The notes under the pieces: model-generated | The model's input: only the letters and a program-made list of their open reading frames with translations | The model's database searches: none | Told to the model about the DNA's origin: nothing | Shown: positions 39,918-52,357 of the stretch, in pieces | Layout of the letters: each line of letters starts with the position of its first letter | How positions within the stretch are numbered: the first letter of the stretch is position 1 | Made by a program: the position numbers and the translations under genes | NCBI GenBank assembly: GCA_013215815.1 | Contig: JABSQP010000009.1 | Location: 4,598 to 68,597, forward strand | Length of the DNA stretch: 64,000 nucleotides | Direction of reading: 5' to 3' | From: Alphaproteobacteria bacterium | GTDB lineage: Bacteria; Pseudomonadota; Alphaproteobacteria; Micavibrionales; Micavibrionaceae

Positions 39918-40469
39918 ATGAGTGCGCAAGAAAATACAAAAAGCGTTTACGGCGCAAGCCCAGAACAAGAAACCATTGAGAGCCACACATTATCAGTGAT
40001 CGTGGATAACGAGCCTGGTGTTCTGGCACGTGTCATTGGCCTATTCTCTGGTCGTGGTTACAACATCGAAAGCCTCACTGTGGCTGAGATTGATCATGAG
40101 CAAAATCTATCGCGCATTACAGTTGTAAGCAGTGGAACACCTCAAGTGATTGATCAAATTAAAAACCAACTTGAACGTCTTGTGCCTGTACACCGCGTTA
40201 TTGATCTAACAGTATCAGGTCCGCACGTCTCTTGCGAAGTTGCTCTGGTAAAAATTGTACGTCCACAAAGCGAGCATGCAGAAGTCATCGAAAAAGCAAA
40301 AGCGTTTGATGCTCGCAGCGTTGATACAACAGAAGAATCTATTATTTTTGAGGTGACTGGCGACACACAAACAATCGATAATTTCATTAACGTAATGAAG
40401 AAAATGGGTCTTACAAATATGACGCGTACGGGTATTGTTGCTCTTATGCGCGGACCAAAGACGATTTAG
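39918..40469 (+). CDS. ilvN: Acetolactate synthase small subunit
   Basis: VDNEPGVLARVIGLFSGRGYNIESLTV. Confidence 0.97.
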   Translation: MSAQENTKSVYGASPEQETIESHTLSVIVDNEPGVLARVIGLFSGRGYNIESLTVAEIDHEQNLSRITVVSSGTPQVIDQIKNQLERLVPVHRVIDLTVSGPHVSCEVALVKIVRPQSEHAEVIEKAKAFDARSVDTTEESIIFEVTGDTQTIDNFINVMKKMGLTNMTRTGIVALMRGPKTI

Positions 40470-40587
40470 CGTAATATCATTTCAAATTGTCGCTTAATCC
40501 CTTTTAACCCTTGATTATCGGGCATTTTAGTGCTTTTTTAGCGCCAGAATTATACACAAACTTTTAATATTAACTGAAACCATATAA

Positions 40588-42564
<1,977 letters not shown>

Positions 42565-42568
<4 letters not shown>

Positions 42569-43062
42569 CTTCGAGTTGCAAAAAACTGCGTATCAGAAAG
42601 CGTGAATTCCGCGCTTACAAACTCTGTTGTTGTTTTAGATGCTGTAACCGTTAGTTCCGTTAGATTACCACTATCATCAAGTGTAAAATCAATATCGAGA
42701 GTTTCTTCAACGATAGTACTAGCTGTGATGCTAGCTTCAAACGATGTTGCTCGCGCAGCCAAGGTTTCAGAATTTCCATCAGCTGGTTTTATACGAACAG
42801 ACTTTTCATCTTCATTTCCACCTTTTAAATAGTCTAAATAACGTTGAAGATGATTATTTAAAGCTCGCAAATCCTCAAGCTGCTTCACTGCTTCCGAGGA
42901 AATGTTTACGTCATCGACAATCTGACGTTCTTGCGCATTAAAAAGATTAGGGGTGTTTGATTTCGAACCTGATTGATAGGCTAAAGCTTGCCTATCGTAA
43001 CGAGCATTAACGCTTGTGATATCGGCCTGAACCGATCTAAAAGAGATTGATCCTTCAATCAT
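42565..43062 (-). CDS. Hypothetical protein
   Basis: SD AAGGA; contains DDVNISSEA and an S/T/E-rich C-terminal half. Confidence 0.7.
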
Positions 43063-43165
43063 GGCGAATTTCCTTTTCGCATTGCATTTGAAAAACCGGC
43101 ATCCTACCGATTACTAAATAACCAGTATATCATAAAGAGTTTTAAGAAACAGTTTATCGCTTCAA

Positions 43166-44887
43166 TTAAAACTTCTTATTCAGACTAAAGAAGAACTGAG
43201 GGTCATGCTCACCCTGCGTTTGAATATCGCGGTGTAAAGGGAATGCTGCAATAAACTCAGCATCCACTTCCATTGGCAAATCCAAGCGAACACCACCACC
43301 TGTAGATGTCAAAGATGTTCTTTTATCTCCAGAGTTTGTTGCATCTTGATTCCATACTGTACCAGAATCTAAGAAACCGAATAACTGTGCCATCTCAACG
43401 GGTGTATCCCATTGAACTTCGACACTACCGCCAATACCGTCATCACCAACAACTTCAGATGGGTCAAAACCACGAATAGTACCGATGCCGCCGAGACCAA
43501 ATTCTTCAGAACTCAAAAGCGGGTTGTTAGAAAGCTGGCCACGGCCCTTTAGAAGTACATTCACGGTACTCGTAACACGCTGTAGACGCTGTAGCTCAAT
43601 ATTTGCTTTTGTAAACGTGGGATCGCCAGTAGCACGTGTTAAGTTTGCATCACCCTCGTCACTAGATCCTAAGATATCAAGACCTTGTGATAGTTGAAGA
43701 CTTACGCTGTTAACAGCAACGCCGAGAAGTCTATCCAAAAACTCTGCCTTCATACCTGCGCGCACTGCACGGATACGATCTTTTCTAGTAGGCTCAACAT
43801 TGTTTTTACTATCAACATTACGCCAATCAAAAAGACCATGAGCAAATATATTTGTTGTACGGGAGCGAACCACCGGATGCTCAACTCTAAGCGTCATCGA
43901 TTGAGACAAACCCGTTACATCAAATTGTCTCAAGTCAAAACCTGGGTCCGTACTAGTAACACTACCACCAATGGATACAGTCGTACCATAAGGCCCTACA
44001 GGCTGCTCATACGTAAGGGAGCCATAAGCTAACTCCATACCAGAGTCTGGTGCCAATACAAGCTGCGCTGTAATAGATTCATTGAAACCTAAAGCAGAAT
44101 TAACAACGCCAACACCGCTGAATTGTACAGGACCTAAGTATCGGCTACCGTGGTTATTAATCCCCACAAGGGCTTCATAAGGGTCGCGTTCACCTAATAT
44201 TACAAGCAAATCTGCTGCACCAGGTGTTGATGCTGATGGACTGATAACGCTACGCGCACTTAAACCAGTCAAATCATTAATTAGAAGAAGGTAACGTTCC
44301 ATATCAGCGATATTCAGTGGACCGCCTGTACTAATGTTGGACGCATACTTTTGAATGATATCTAGTTCGGATTGGCTACCATCACCTTGGATGATGACAT
44401 TATCTATAAAACCTTCAACAACGCGAAGACGCGCAATCCCATCTTCAATAGTTTGCGGCGGCACAACGACCTGCGTCAATATGTACCCATCGTTACGGTA
44501 CTTTAAAGTCATACGATTAGCGAGGGCATACAGATCTGCCAACGTGATCTCTGTACCTATCATACCTTGATACATTGACGTCAACTCTGTTTCGCCATAT
44601 GCACTTGCGCCTTCAATGCGTAAACCACCAAAATTAAATTTAATATTTTCCGCTCCTTCAGGTGCCGCTTGAAGAGCCATACTCTTAACACTAATATCTG
44701 GAGCCACTTGAGGAACAAGTTGCGTTTCCCCTAATGTACGATCAAGACGACCTGGGTCGGCAACTCCTGTTTGCTGCTCAAGCTGCGCATTGGCCACGCC
44801 TGAATAACACAGCATTGTTGTAACAAGTGCTGTCGATAATAACTTTCTTAGCACCATGTTTTTTGATGTTGCTATAATGGACCCCAT
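43166..44887 (-). CDS. TpsB (ShlB/FhaC/HecB family) outer-membrane transporter
   Basis: Signal peptide; POTRA Y...GY......VPPQ.I.DG...L.VVEG; NNHGSRY.G; loop-6 IRGF motif (GGIGTIRGF); C-terminal Phe. Start may be 44857. Confidence 0.95.
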   Translation of the reverse strand: MGSIIATSKNMVLRKLLSTALVTTMLCYSGVANAQLEQQTGVADPGRLDRTLGETQLVPQVAPDISVKSMALQAAPEGAENIKFNFGGLRIEGASAYGETELTSMYQGMIGTEITLADLYALANRMTLKYRNDGYILTQVVVPPQTIEDGIARLRVVEGFIDNVIIQGDGSQSELDIIQKYASNISTGGPLNIADMERYLLLINDLTGLSARSVISPSASTPGAADLLVILGERDPYEALVGINNHGSRYLGPVQFSGVGVVNSALGFNESITAQLVLAPDSGMELAYGSLTYEQPVGPYGTTVSIGGSVTSTDPGFDLRQFDVTGLSQSMTLRVEHPVVRSRTTNIFAHGLFDWRNVDSKNNVEPTRKDRIRAVRAGMKAEFLDRLLGVAVNSVSLQLSQGLDILGSSDEGDANLTRATGDPTFTKANIELQRLQRVTSTVNVLLKGRGQLSNNPLLSSEEFGLGGIGTIRGFDPSEVVGDDGIGGSVEVQWDTPVEMAQLFGFLDSGTVWNQDATNSGDKRTSLTSTGGGVRLDLPMEVDAEFIAAFPLHRDIQTQGEHDPQFFFSLNKKF

Positions 44888-45142
44888 ATTTTTTATTCGA
44901 ATATTCGTTAAGGTTTAGCGAAGATAGACACAGAAGACAATAAGGAAATTTCTTTTCCTTCTAGTTATAGAAAAGAATACTACCGCTTTTCTGAGATTTT
45001 AACAATGTTCAGAAAGTACAAAATAAAAATACAGAAAATAAAAAGAAATAATATTGTGTAATTTTGTTTCTTTTTTATCATTTTCCCTAATCACATGTTG
45101 CAAATGGATAGAAAAGGTGCATTATGTGTACCAAGCCAAATA

Positions 45143-45158
45143 TTAACTTTTTGTTAAC
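45143..45158 (+). promoter_or_regulatory. CtrA box TTAA-N7-TTAAC
   Basis: TTAActttttgTTAAC, a full consensus match in the tpsB/tpsA divergent region. Confidence 0.65.
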
Positions 45159-45215
45159 CATTACATCTAAATGACGAAAAAGATGGGAATGATTATACGT
45201 ATTTTACTCATCGGG

Positions 45216-45239
45216 GAAAGATCAGGAGAAAGATCAGGA
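45216..45239 (+). repeat. Perfect 12-bp tandem repeat GAAAGATCAGGA in the tpsA leader
   Basis: Units at 45216-45227 and 45228-45239, each giving an AGGAG SD-like element. Confidence 0.9.
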
Positions 45240-45298
45240 GACCTTTAGACAACACCACGACTTCATTCACTTCGCTAAGCCAAACTGGCAAAAAGCTT

Positions 45299-48200
45299 AT
45301 GATATCCACTGCGCTAACAGCGGCTGGTCTTTTATGTATCGCCCCTAACGCAAAAGCGGATCCAGCATGGTCTGACTTTACCGATGTTTCGGGTACAATT
45401 TCTACTGACGTTTCTATTCCTGACACAACCAAAATCAATCAACATACACAGACATACATAGGTAACAGCCCGAACCTTGATATCGGGAAAAATCAAACAG
45501 TTATTATTGGCCAAAACAACACTGGTTCTCTTTTCGTTGGTCGTGCGACGGGAGCAGGTGATGACCCAACAAAAATCCTCGGTACACTAAAAACAGTTCT
45601 CAAAAAACCAAGTGACGGTAATGATGGCTTTACATTCTCAAACCGTAGAGGTGGAGACGTTATGGTCATTGATCGTAACGGCGTATTCTTTGGTAAAGAC
45701 GCACGCGTGGATGTTGGTAGCATCATCGCAACAACAGGTAAGGTTAAAAATTCAGACATTCTTGATGGTGACGGTAAATTCAAATTCAAAAACTTTGGTG
45801 ACGGCGAAATTGTTAACAAAGGAACAATCACTGTAGCCAATGCTGGTTTGGCCGCTTTTGTATCACCACATATTTCTAACAGCGGTCTTATTAAAGCAAC
45901 AGTAGGTCGTGTTGCTATGGCATCGGGAAGCAAAGTTACTTTGGATCTTTACGGTGACAACCTTATTGAAATCGCCGTAGATGAAGATTTTAACGAAGGC
46001 CTCATCAAAAACACAGGTACCATCCTTGCTAAAGGCGGGGAAGTTATCATCAAAGCAGAAGTTGCTAAAGACGCGGTTGATAATGTCATCAACATGGGCG
46101 GTATTGTTAACGCTAGCGCGGCAACTGTTAAAGGCGGCAAGATTGTTCTTTCTGGTGGCTCTTCAGGTAAAGTAACTGTTAAAGGGCGATTGGATGCTTC
46201 GGGCAACACAACCGACGGTGGCTCTGTCGATATCTCTGGTGAACGCATTAAGATCACTGACACAGCGCGCTTACGTGCGAAAGGGTACAATGGCAGCGCC
46301 GCTGGTGAAATTACAGCTATTGCGGATGAAAGGCTTGTTGTTGATGGAAGACTTACAGCGCAAGGCCTAACAGATACTGGCTTTATTGAAACATCTGCGC
46401 CAACGACACTCTTTGGTACAGGCGCTTCTATCCTGGCAACACGTGAATGGTTGTTGGATCCAACAGATGTAAGCATTGATGCAGCCCTTGGCGGCCTCAT
46501 TGAAGCACAGTTAGGCGTTGGTGACATGACTGTTGAAACGCCAGCAGCAGGTGGCGATGCAGGAAACATTGCAATGCGTACAATCATTGATTGGGCGACA
46601 GATAACACATTAAAACTTATCGCTCACAATGACATTTTCTTAAGTGGTTCTTATGGCGGCGGCATTAACGCTGCTGGTGCAGGTAACTTTATCGCTGAAG
46701 CTGGCGATGACTTCCGTATGAACGCTGGCAACGGTTCAATCATCATGAACGGTGGTGATGTCACGATTAGTACAGGGGACGAGTTCACACTTGATGATGG
46801 CTTCATCCTTGCAGGTGGCGGGAACATCTCTATCGACAACACTGAATCATTCTCAGCAGTTGCAAACAGCCTTCGTACATCAGGCACTGGTACAATTGAG
46901 ATCAACCAAAACAAAGATGCAAACGGTAATAGCATTATTGCTACGCCAACTATTCAAAATGCGATTGATGCTATTTCAAACACAGGAACAGGCACAAACA
47001 CAATTAACGTTGGCGCGGGTACATGGGCAGAATCAGTAAATGTTGATCATGCTAATCTTGTTCTTAACGGTGCAAATGCAGGTCTTCACGGATCTGATGG
47101 CGCACGAGGCGCTGAAACGATTGTAACACCAAACTCACCTGGCTTTTATGTGACGGCTGACAATGCAACTATCGATGGTTTCACTGTCGATGGTAGCGGC
47201 GCATCAGGTAATAACGGCATTGAAGTTGATGGTGTAAATAACTTTAAAGGTATCAACAACGTTCTTATGAACAACACAGATACTGGTGCAGGCAGAAGTG
47301 CAAGCAGCTGGATAACTGGTGTTGGTGTTATTGTTAAGGACTCAACAGGTACAATTGAAATCGCAGATAACCGTGCGGAAGGTAATACGGATGGTGTCCG
47401 TATTCTTGATACGGACGCAGCTGCTCTTGGTGATGTAAAAATCAAGGGTAATGACGTTGTTGATAGCGGCGACAAAGGTATTATCACAAAGAACAGCGAT
47501 AACATCAAAATCGTAGACAATGATGTAACAGGCAGCTCAACAGGTGTTTGGCTTGAAAATAGTTCTGGTAACGTTGTTCGCGATAACACAGTTGACGATA
47601 GTTCGCAAAACGCTATCCGCTTACGTAACAATAGCGATGATAATGTCATTCATGACAACCGCATTGATGGCGCCGGCGATAACGGTATCCTCGTTGCAGC
47701 AAACTCTGACAATGTTGTGATTAGAAACAACCGCATCAGAAACGTTGATGAAAACGGTATTGATCTAGATGATAGCGACAATGCACGTATCATCGGAAAC
47801 CGTATCGGTCTTGCTGATGGCGCTGACAACATTGGTGATGATGGTATTGACCTCGATGACAGCAACGGCGCTGTTATTAGAGATAACCGCATCCGTAATA
47901 CTGATGAAAACGGTATCGACCTTGATGATAGTGACGATGCCAAAATCATTGCTAACGTCATTAACGATACAGGCGATGACGGTGTTGATCTAGATAACAG
48001 CGACAATGCACGTATCATTGATAATCGTATCGGCCTTGCTGGCGCAGTTGATAACATCGGTGATGATGGTATTGATCTAGATAACAGCGACGGTGCCCTC
48101 ATCAAAGGAAACAAAGTTAAAAACACAACAGAAAACGGCATTGATATCCGTAGCTCTGACAACACAACAATGCGAGATAACGTTGTTCGCGTGACTGGCG

Positions 48201-51200
48201 GTCATGGTATCTACGTAAATCCATCTGACAACATTCGTATTCTAGACAACACAATCACTGACACAGGTGAAGATGGCGTCCATGTAGAAGAAGGATATGA
48301 TGTTCGTGTTCGTCGTAATACAATTCGCCGTACTGGTGATGACGGTATTGATATCACACGTAACGATTATGTTCGTGTAACAGATAACACAGTAACAGAC
48401 ACAGACAGACGTAGTATTTCTATTGAGCGCTCTAGGAATGACGTAGAAAATTTCTCAGTTGTTGCTGCAGATAACACAGTTCGCCGCACTGGTAGAACAG
48501 GTATCGTTGTTGATCGCTTCACGACAGCACGCGTAGTGGATAACACGGTAACAGATTCAAACAGAGCTGGTATTCGTGTTCAACGTGGTGACGAAGCGCG
48601 TATTCGCCGTAATACAGTTCGTGACACACGCCGTGATGGAATTAGAGCGTTGAACCTTGATAGCGTTGACATCCGTCGTAACCTCGTTCGCAGAGCTGGC
48701 TGGGATGGCGTTCACCTAGAAAACTTCGGTTCGGCATGGATCGCTTACAATGATATTAAATGGACAGGTGATGATGGTGTCGATGCAACGAACGGTGACT
48801 TCGTCTCCATCTACGATAACTACATTGATCTATCTGGTTTCTTACCTGCAGAGATCTTCGGTAACGAGGAAGTTGGCGATGATGCAAATGGTATCTATGT
48901 TAGTGATGTTGGTGATGGTGAATTACCACCTCTATCTTTAGATGAAGGCTTCGGCTTTGGTTATTACGGTACATCTGTTGAAATTCATGGCAACGACGTT
49001 GTGAATGCTGAAGATGACGGTATCCAAGTTGAAGAAAGCGACTCTACTTACATCGGCTTCAACATAGTCGGTCACGCGGGCGATGACGGTATCGACGTCG
49101 ATGATGTAGACTACACAAAAGTATCTAACAACGTTGTTACTCTAGTGGGAGATAAGGGTATCACAATCGATAGCGGCAACTATGCTGGCGTATTCGATAA
49201 CTTAATCCTTTTAACTGGTAGTGACGGCATCCAAGTTGAGAATGTTCGCTACGACCATGACACAGACATCACAATACTTGGTGATGATAGTTACGGTTAC
49301 GGTTGGGCTGTAAATGTTTCCGGTAACGAAGTTGCTATGACAGGCAATGACGGCATTGAAGTGCGCAACAGCGATGCAACAAAAGTTCAAAAGAACAAAG
49401 TGTTCATGGCTGGTATGGGTGAAAATCTTGAAGATGTTATTGATACGATCAATGACTTTGCGAGTGAAACATTCAACCCATTACGTATCAGACGTCCTGC
49501 AACTCCATCTTACGAAGGTTTCGAATTATCATGGGGTAATGGTCACGGTATCAATGTTCATGGCATTGATGGTGCGTATTACAGTCCGAACGGTTGGGCA
49601 GCTGATATACGCGGTAATACAGTAGAATACACTGGTGGCCACGGCATTCTTGCAGAAAATAACGACAGAACACGCATTAAAAATAACCGTGTTCGTTACG
49701 CAGGTGTTGATAAAACATACTTTGACGGCGCATACAGCATGATGGACGTATTGAACAGCGGACCATTCCATGGTGAAGGTCGTCGTGATCTATGGCAGTC
49801 AACTGATGACAGCATGATGGATGTTCTGAATGGATACTTTGGTCAAGAAGAAGATCCTGAACCAGAATATGGTGACTACATCACAATCAGCTCTGTTGAT
49901 TTCGATTCACATGACGGTATTCACGCAGAAAACATTTACAGTGAATCACTTGATGGCCTAAGTGGTCGTGATTACCTCTACGATCTAAAAATCAAAAAGA
50001 ATGATGTGCGTCGCACAGGTGATGATGGTATCGAGGTGGTTTACGCAGGCCGTACTTTAATTGCGAAGAACACTGTGCGTCACGCAGGCTATGGTGATGA
50101 TATCGACTATGGTTCTGGTGATTATTACGGCGCAGATGGTATTCATGCGCGTTACATTTCAGGTAGCGTGTTTGGTTACCCAGATTCTCCTGGTTTAGAT
50201 CGCGGTGGACGTGAACCTGCAGAAAACTACGCTCTTATCGTTCGTAGAAACGATGTTCGCAATACAGCTGACGATGGTATTGAAGTTGTTGGTCGCGGCG
50301 GTATACCTGAAGTTAGCGTAGCAAGTACTGCTGGGCGTGGTTACCCACCATACTTCATCGGTACAACAGATCGTGTACTGATCAAGAAAAACACTGTACG
50401 CCGTTCAGGTATAGTTAATGGATTTGGCTTCTATGAAGATAATCTAGGCCCTGACGGTTACGGACACGATGGCATCCATGTGCGTGGCATTAATGGCCGC
50501 ACTGGTCCTATCTGGTCAGCTACAACATTAGCAGGCCCTGGCCCTCTCCCAGGTGATGGTGAGTATGGCTATTATGGTTACGCCGTAGACGTTATCGATA
50601 ACGATGTTCGCCGTACAGGCGACGATGGTATCGAGGTCATCAACTCCTCGTCTACATTGATCCTTGATAACACAGTAAGACGCGCTGGCGTTGGTGGTGG
50701 ATTATACTACGGTGGCGGAGATTACTTCGGCGCGGATGGTATCCATGTCCGTAACGTTGGTGACCTATTTGGTATTCCAGTTTGGCTCCCGGGTGCAGCT
50801 GGAGAGGCTGGATTCGGCTTCATTCCTTATTCAGTTGTTATTTCTGAAAATGATGTCCGCAGAACTGCAGATGATGGCATCGAAGTCGTTGACGAATTCG
50901 GACCAGAAAAAATGATCCAAGGATGGGGTGACGGCGGCGATGGTGACGGCTTCCCTGTCTTCGACCGTACAACTGGACGAACACTTATTTCTGAAAATGA
51001 TGTCCGTCACGCTGGTTATGGACTTCCTCCGATTGGTGATGGCTACCCATATAGTGGTTATGCTCCAGATGGATACGGCGCAGACGGCATTCATGTCCGC
51101 GGCGTAGGTCGCCCATCATATGGCGACGGAGATGGTGATGGCTGTGGCGCACCAACAGTTGGGTTCATCAATGATGGCTTCTACCCAGGTGATTTTGATG

Positions 51201-52288
51201 TTGAGATTTCAGATAACTACATCTGGAGCTCGGCGGATGATGGTGTTGAAGTTCACGGCCGCCCGTTTGGTCAAACTAACGTTCTAGTAGATCGCAATAT
51301 CATCGAGGACTCAGGTGATAACGGAATCTTGATTGCATCAGGTAATGGCCGTTTTGGATTTAAAATGCGCCCTATACCGTCAGTGTTCTTAAGCCCTATT
51401 GGAGGAGAAATTAACTCTGTTGTTTCAAACAATGAGGTATCTAACTCTGGTACAAATGGCTTGAACATTGCTGGATCTACACATAATGAGGTTATCGTTT
51501 CAGGAAATACATTTACTGACAACGATACTGGTGCTTCTTTCGAAAGTGGTACTATCGACCTCACAGGTGAAGGTAATACATTTGTTGGAGGCCGTGTTGG
51601 TATGCGTTTTGCGCCTGCTCCAATATTCTATTACCCAACAGCGCAGGTTCTTGATATCACGCCATCAATCTTACCACCTATGTTTGCACCAATGTCTCTT
51701 GTAGATAATACAATCGGCGCGCAAATATTTAATGGTCAAGATGAAAGCTATGTTGAACTCGACAATGGTGCGTTCTTCGATCCAGGTACACCAACATTAC
51801 TGAATGCTTTAGACAGCACATATGTTGGAACGCCTTTCGGAACGTTCACTCCGTCTTCTGATTTCGCAGCAGGCCTACCACTTAATGTTGTAGCCTACCT
51901 AGAGAGCAAGTTCGTTCACTTTAACGACAATGGAACAACAGGCTTGTTCTTCTTCCCTCTCTTACCTGAGATTTCACAAGAAGATATCTTCAACTACTTC
52001 GGCCCATACTCTTCTGGCCTAGCGGGTCTAGACGTTACTATCTTAGGCCTCCCAGGCATTCCTGGTGGATCTCCGGTAGCGCTTAATAACATTGCTCCTG
52101 CAGCTGGCGGAGATACATCTCCTGAAGCTCTGAATGCAATTGCGACAGCAGCTGGTGAAGATGGCGGTGAAACATCATCTTGTTGGGGTGATGCAATCGG
52201 CGCCGCGGGATCAGGCCAAACTGCAACTCTTAGCTACGGTGGTAGCGCAGAAGAGCTTCTCAGTGGCGAAGCAAGCTGTGGATCCTAA
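45299..52288 (+). CDS. TpsA exoprotein: filamentous-haemagglutinin-type TPS domain plus long right-handed beta-helix
   Basis: Signal peptide ending AKA; TPS motifs PT.I.G.L and D.NG..FG..A.VDVG; dozens of N.V......DGI coils; adjacent to TpsB. Start codon uncertain. Confidence 0.93.
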   Translation: MISTALTAAGLLCIAPNAKADPAWSDFTDVSGTISTDVSIPDTTKINQHTQTYIGNSPNLDIGKNQTVIIGQNNTGSLFVGRATGAGDDPTKILGTLKTVLKKPSDGNDGFTFSNRRGGDVMVIDRNGVFFGKDARVDVGSIIATTGKVKNSDILDGDGKFKFKNFGDGEIVNKGTITVANAGLAAFVSPHISNSGLIKATVGRVAMASGSKVTLDLYGDNLIEIAVDEDFNEGLIKNTGTILAKGGEVIIKAEVAKDAVDNVINMGGIVNASAATVKGGKIVLSGGSSGKVTVKGRLDASGNTTDGGSVDISGERIKITDTARLRAKGYNGSAAGEITAIADERLVVDGRLTAQGLTDTGFIETSAPTTLFGTGASILATREWLLDPTDVSIDAALGGLIEAQLGVGDMTVETPAAGGDAGNIAMRTIIDWATDNTLKLIAHNDIFLSGSYGGGINAAGAGNFIAEAGDDFRMNAGNGSIIMNGGDVTISTGDEFTLDDGFILAGGGNISIDNTESFSAVANSLRTSGTGTIEINQNKDANGNSIIATPTIQNAIDAISNTGTGTNTINVGAGTWAESVNVDHANLVLNGANAGLHGSDGARGAETIVTPNSPGFYVTADNATIDGFTVDGSGASGNNGIEVDGVNNFKGINNVLMNNTDTGAGRSASSWITGVGVIVKDSTGTIEIADNRAEGNTDGVRILDTDAAALGDVKIKGNDVVDSGDKGIITKNSDNIKIVDNDVTGSSTGVWLENSSGNVVRDNTVDDSSQNAIRLRNNSDDNVIHDNRIDGAGDNGILVAANSDNVVIRNNRIRNVDENGIDLDDSDNARIIGNRIGLADGADNIGDDGIDLDDSNGAVIRDNRIRNTDENGIDLDDSDDAKIIANVINDTGDDGVDLDNSDNARIIDNRIGLAGAVDNIGDDGIDLDNSDGALIKGNKVKNTTENGIDIRSSDNTTMRDNVVRVTGGHGIYVNPSDNIRILDNTITDTGEDGVHVEEGYDVRVRRNTIRRTGDDGIDITRNDYVRVTDNTVTDTDRRSISIERSRNDVENFSVVAADNTVRRTGRTGIVVDRFTTARVVDNTVTDSNRAGIRVQRGDEARIRRNTVRDTRRDGIRALNLDSVDIRRNLVRRAGWDGVHLENFGSAWIAYNDIKWTGDDGVDATNGDFVSIYDNYIDLSGFLPAEIFGNEEVGDDANGIYVSDVGDGELPPLSLDEGFGFGYYGTSVEIHGNDVVNAEDDGIQVEESDSTYIGFNIVGHAGDDGIDVDDVDYTKVSNNVVTLVGDKGITIDSGNYAGVFDNLILLTGSDGIQVENVRYDHDTDITILGDDSYGYGWAVNVSGNEVAMTGNDGIEVRNSDATKVQKNKVFMAGMGENLEDVIDTINDFASETFNPLRIRRPATPSYEGFELSWGNGHGINVHGIDGAYYSPNGWAADIRGNTVEYTGGHGILAENNDRTRIKNNRVRYAGVDKTYFDGAYSMMDVLNSGPFHGEGRRDLWQSTDDSMMDVLNGYFGQEEDPEPEYGDYITISSVDFDSHDGIHAENIYSESLDGLSGRDYLYDLKIKKNDVRRTGDDGIEVVYAGRTLIAKNTVRHAGYGDDIDYGSGDYYGADGIHARYISGSVFGYPDSPGLDRGGREPAENYALIVRRNDVRNTADDGIEVVGRGGIPEVSVASTAGRGYPPYFIGTTDRVLIKKNTVRRSGIVNGFGFYEDNLGPDGYGHDGIHVRGINGRTGPIWSATTLAGPGPLPGDGEYGYYGYAVDVIDNDVRRTGDDGIEVINSSSTLILDNTVRRAGVGGGLYYGGGDYFGADGIHVRNVGDLFGIPVWLPGAAGEAGFGFIPYSVVISENDVRRTADDGIEVVDEFGPEKMIQGWGDGGDGDGFPVFDRTTGRTLISENDVRHAGYGLPPIGDGYPYSGYAPDGYGADGIHVRGVGRPSYGDGDGDGCGAPTVGFINDGFYPGDFDVEISDNYIWSSADDGVEVHGRPFGQTNVLVDRNIIEDSGDNGILIASGNGRFGFKMRPIPSVFLSPIGGEINSVVSNNEVSNSGTNGLNIAGSTHNEVIVSGNTFTDNDTGASFESGTIDLTGEGNTFVGGRVGMRFAPAPIFYYPTAQVLDITPSILPPMFAPMSLVDNTIGAQIFNGQDESYVELDNGAFFDPGTPTLLNALDSTYVGTPFGTFTPSSDFAAGLPLNVVAYLESKFVHFNDNGTTGLFFFPLLPEISQEDIFNYFGPYSSGLAGLDVTILGLPGIPGGSPVALNNIAPAAGGDTSPEALNAIATAAGEDGGETSSCWGDAIGAAGSGQTATLSYGGSAEELLSGEASCGS

Positions 52289-52316
52289 GATTTGGTTTAA
52301 GAAATAAATGAATTTT

Positions 52317-52343
52317 AAAACACCCCTTCTGGGGTGTTTTTTT
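52317..52343. terminator. Bidirectional rho-independent terminator
   Basis: AAAACACCCC-ttct-GGGGTGTTTT followed by TTT, between convergent genes. Confidence 0.85.
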
Positions 52344-52357
52344 ATTCGTATAGAAAT

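Noticed and set aside
40494..40507. CtrA-like box upstream of ilvC
   Set aside because: Spacer is 6 nt, not 7
47740..48150. Possible CRISPR or DGR-type repeats
   Set aside because: Repeats are in-frame, degenerate at third positions and encode beta-helix coils; no cas or reverse transcriptase gene
45493..48165. Series of long minus-strand ORFs inside tpsA
   Set aside because: Antisense shadows caused by codon bias and repeats; S/L/P-rich with no motifs
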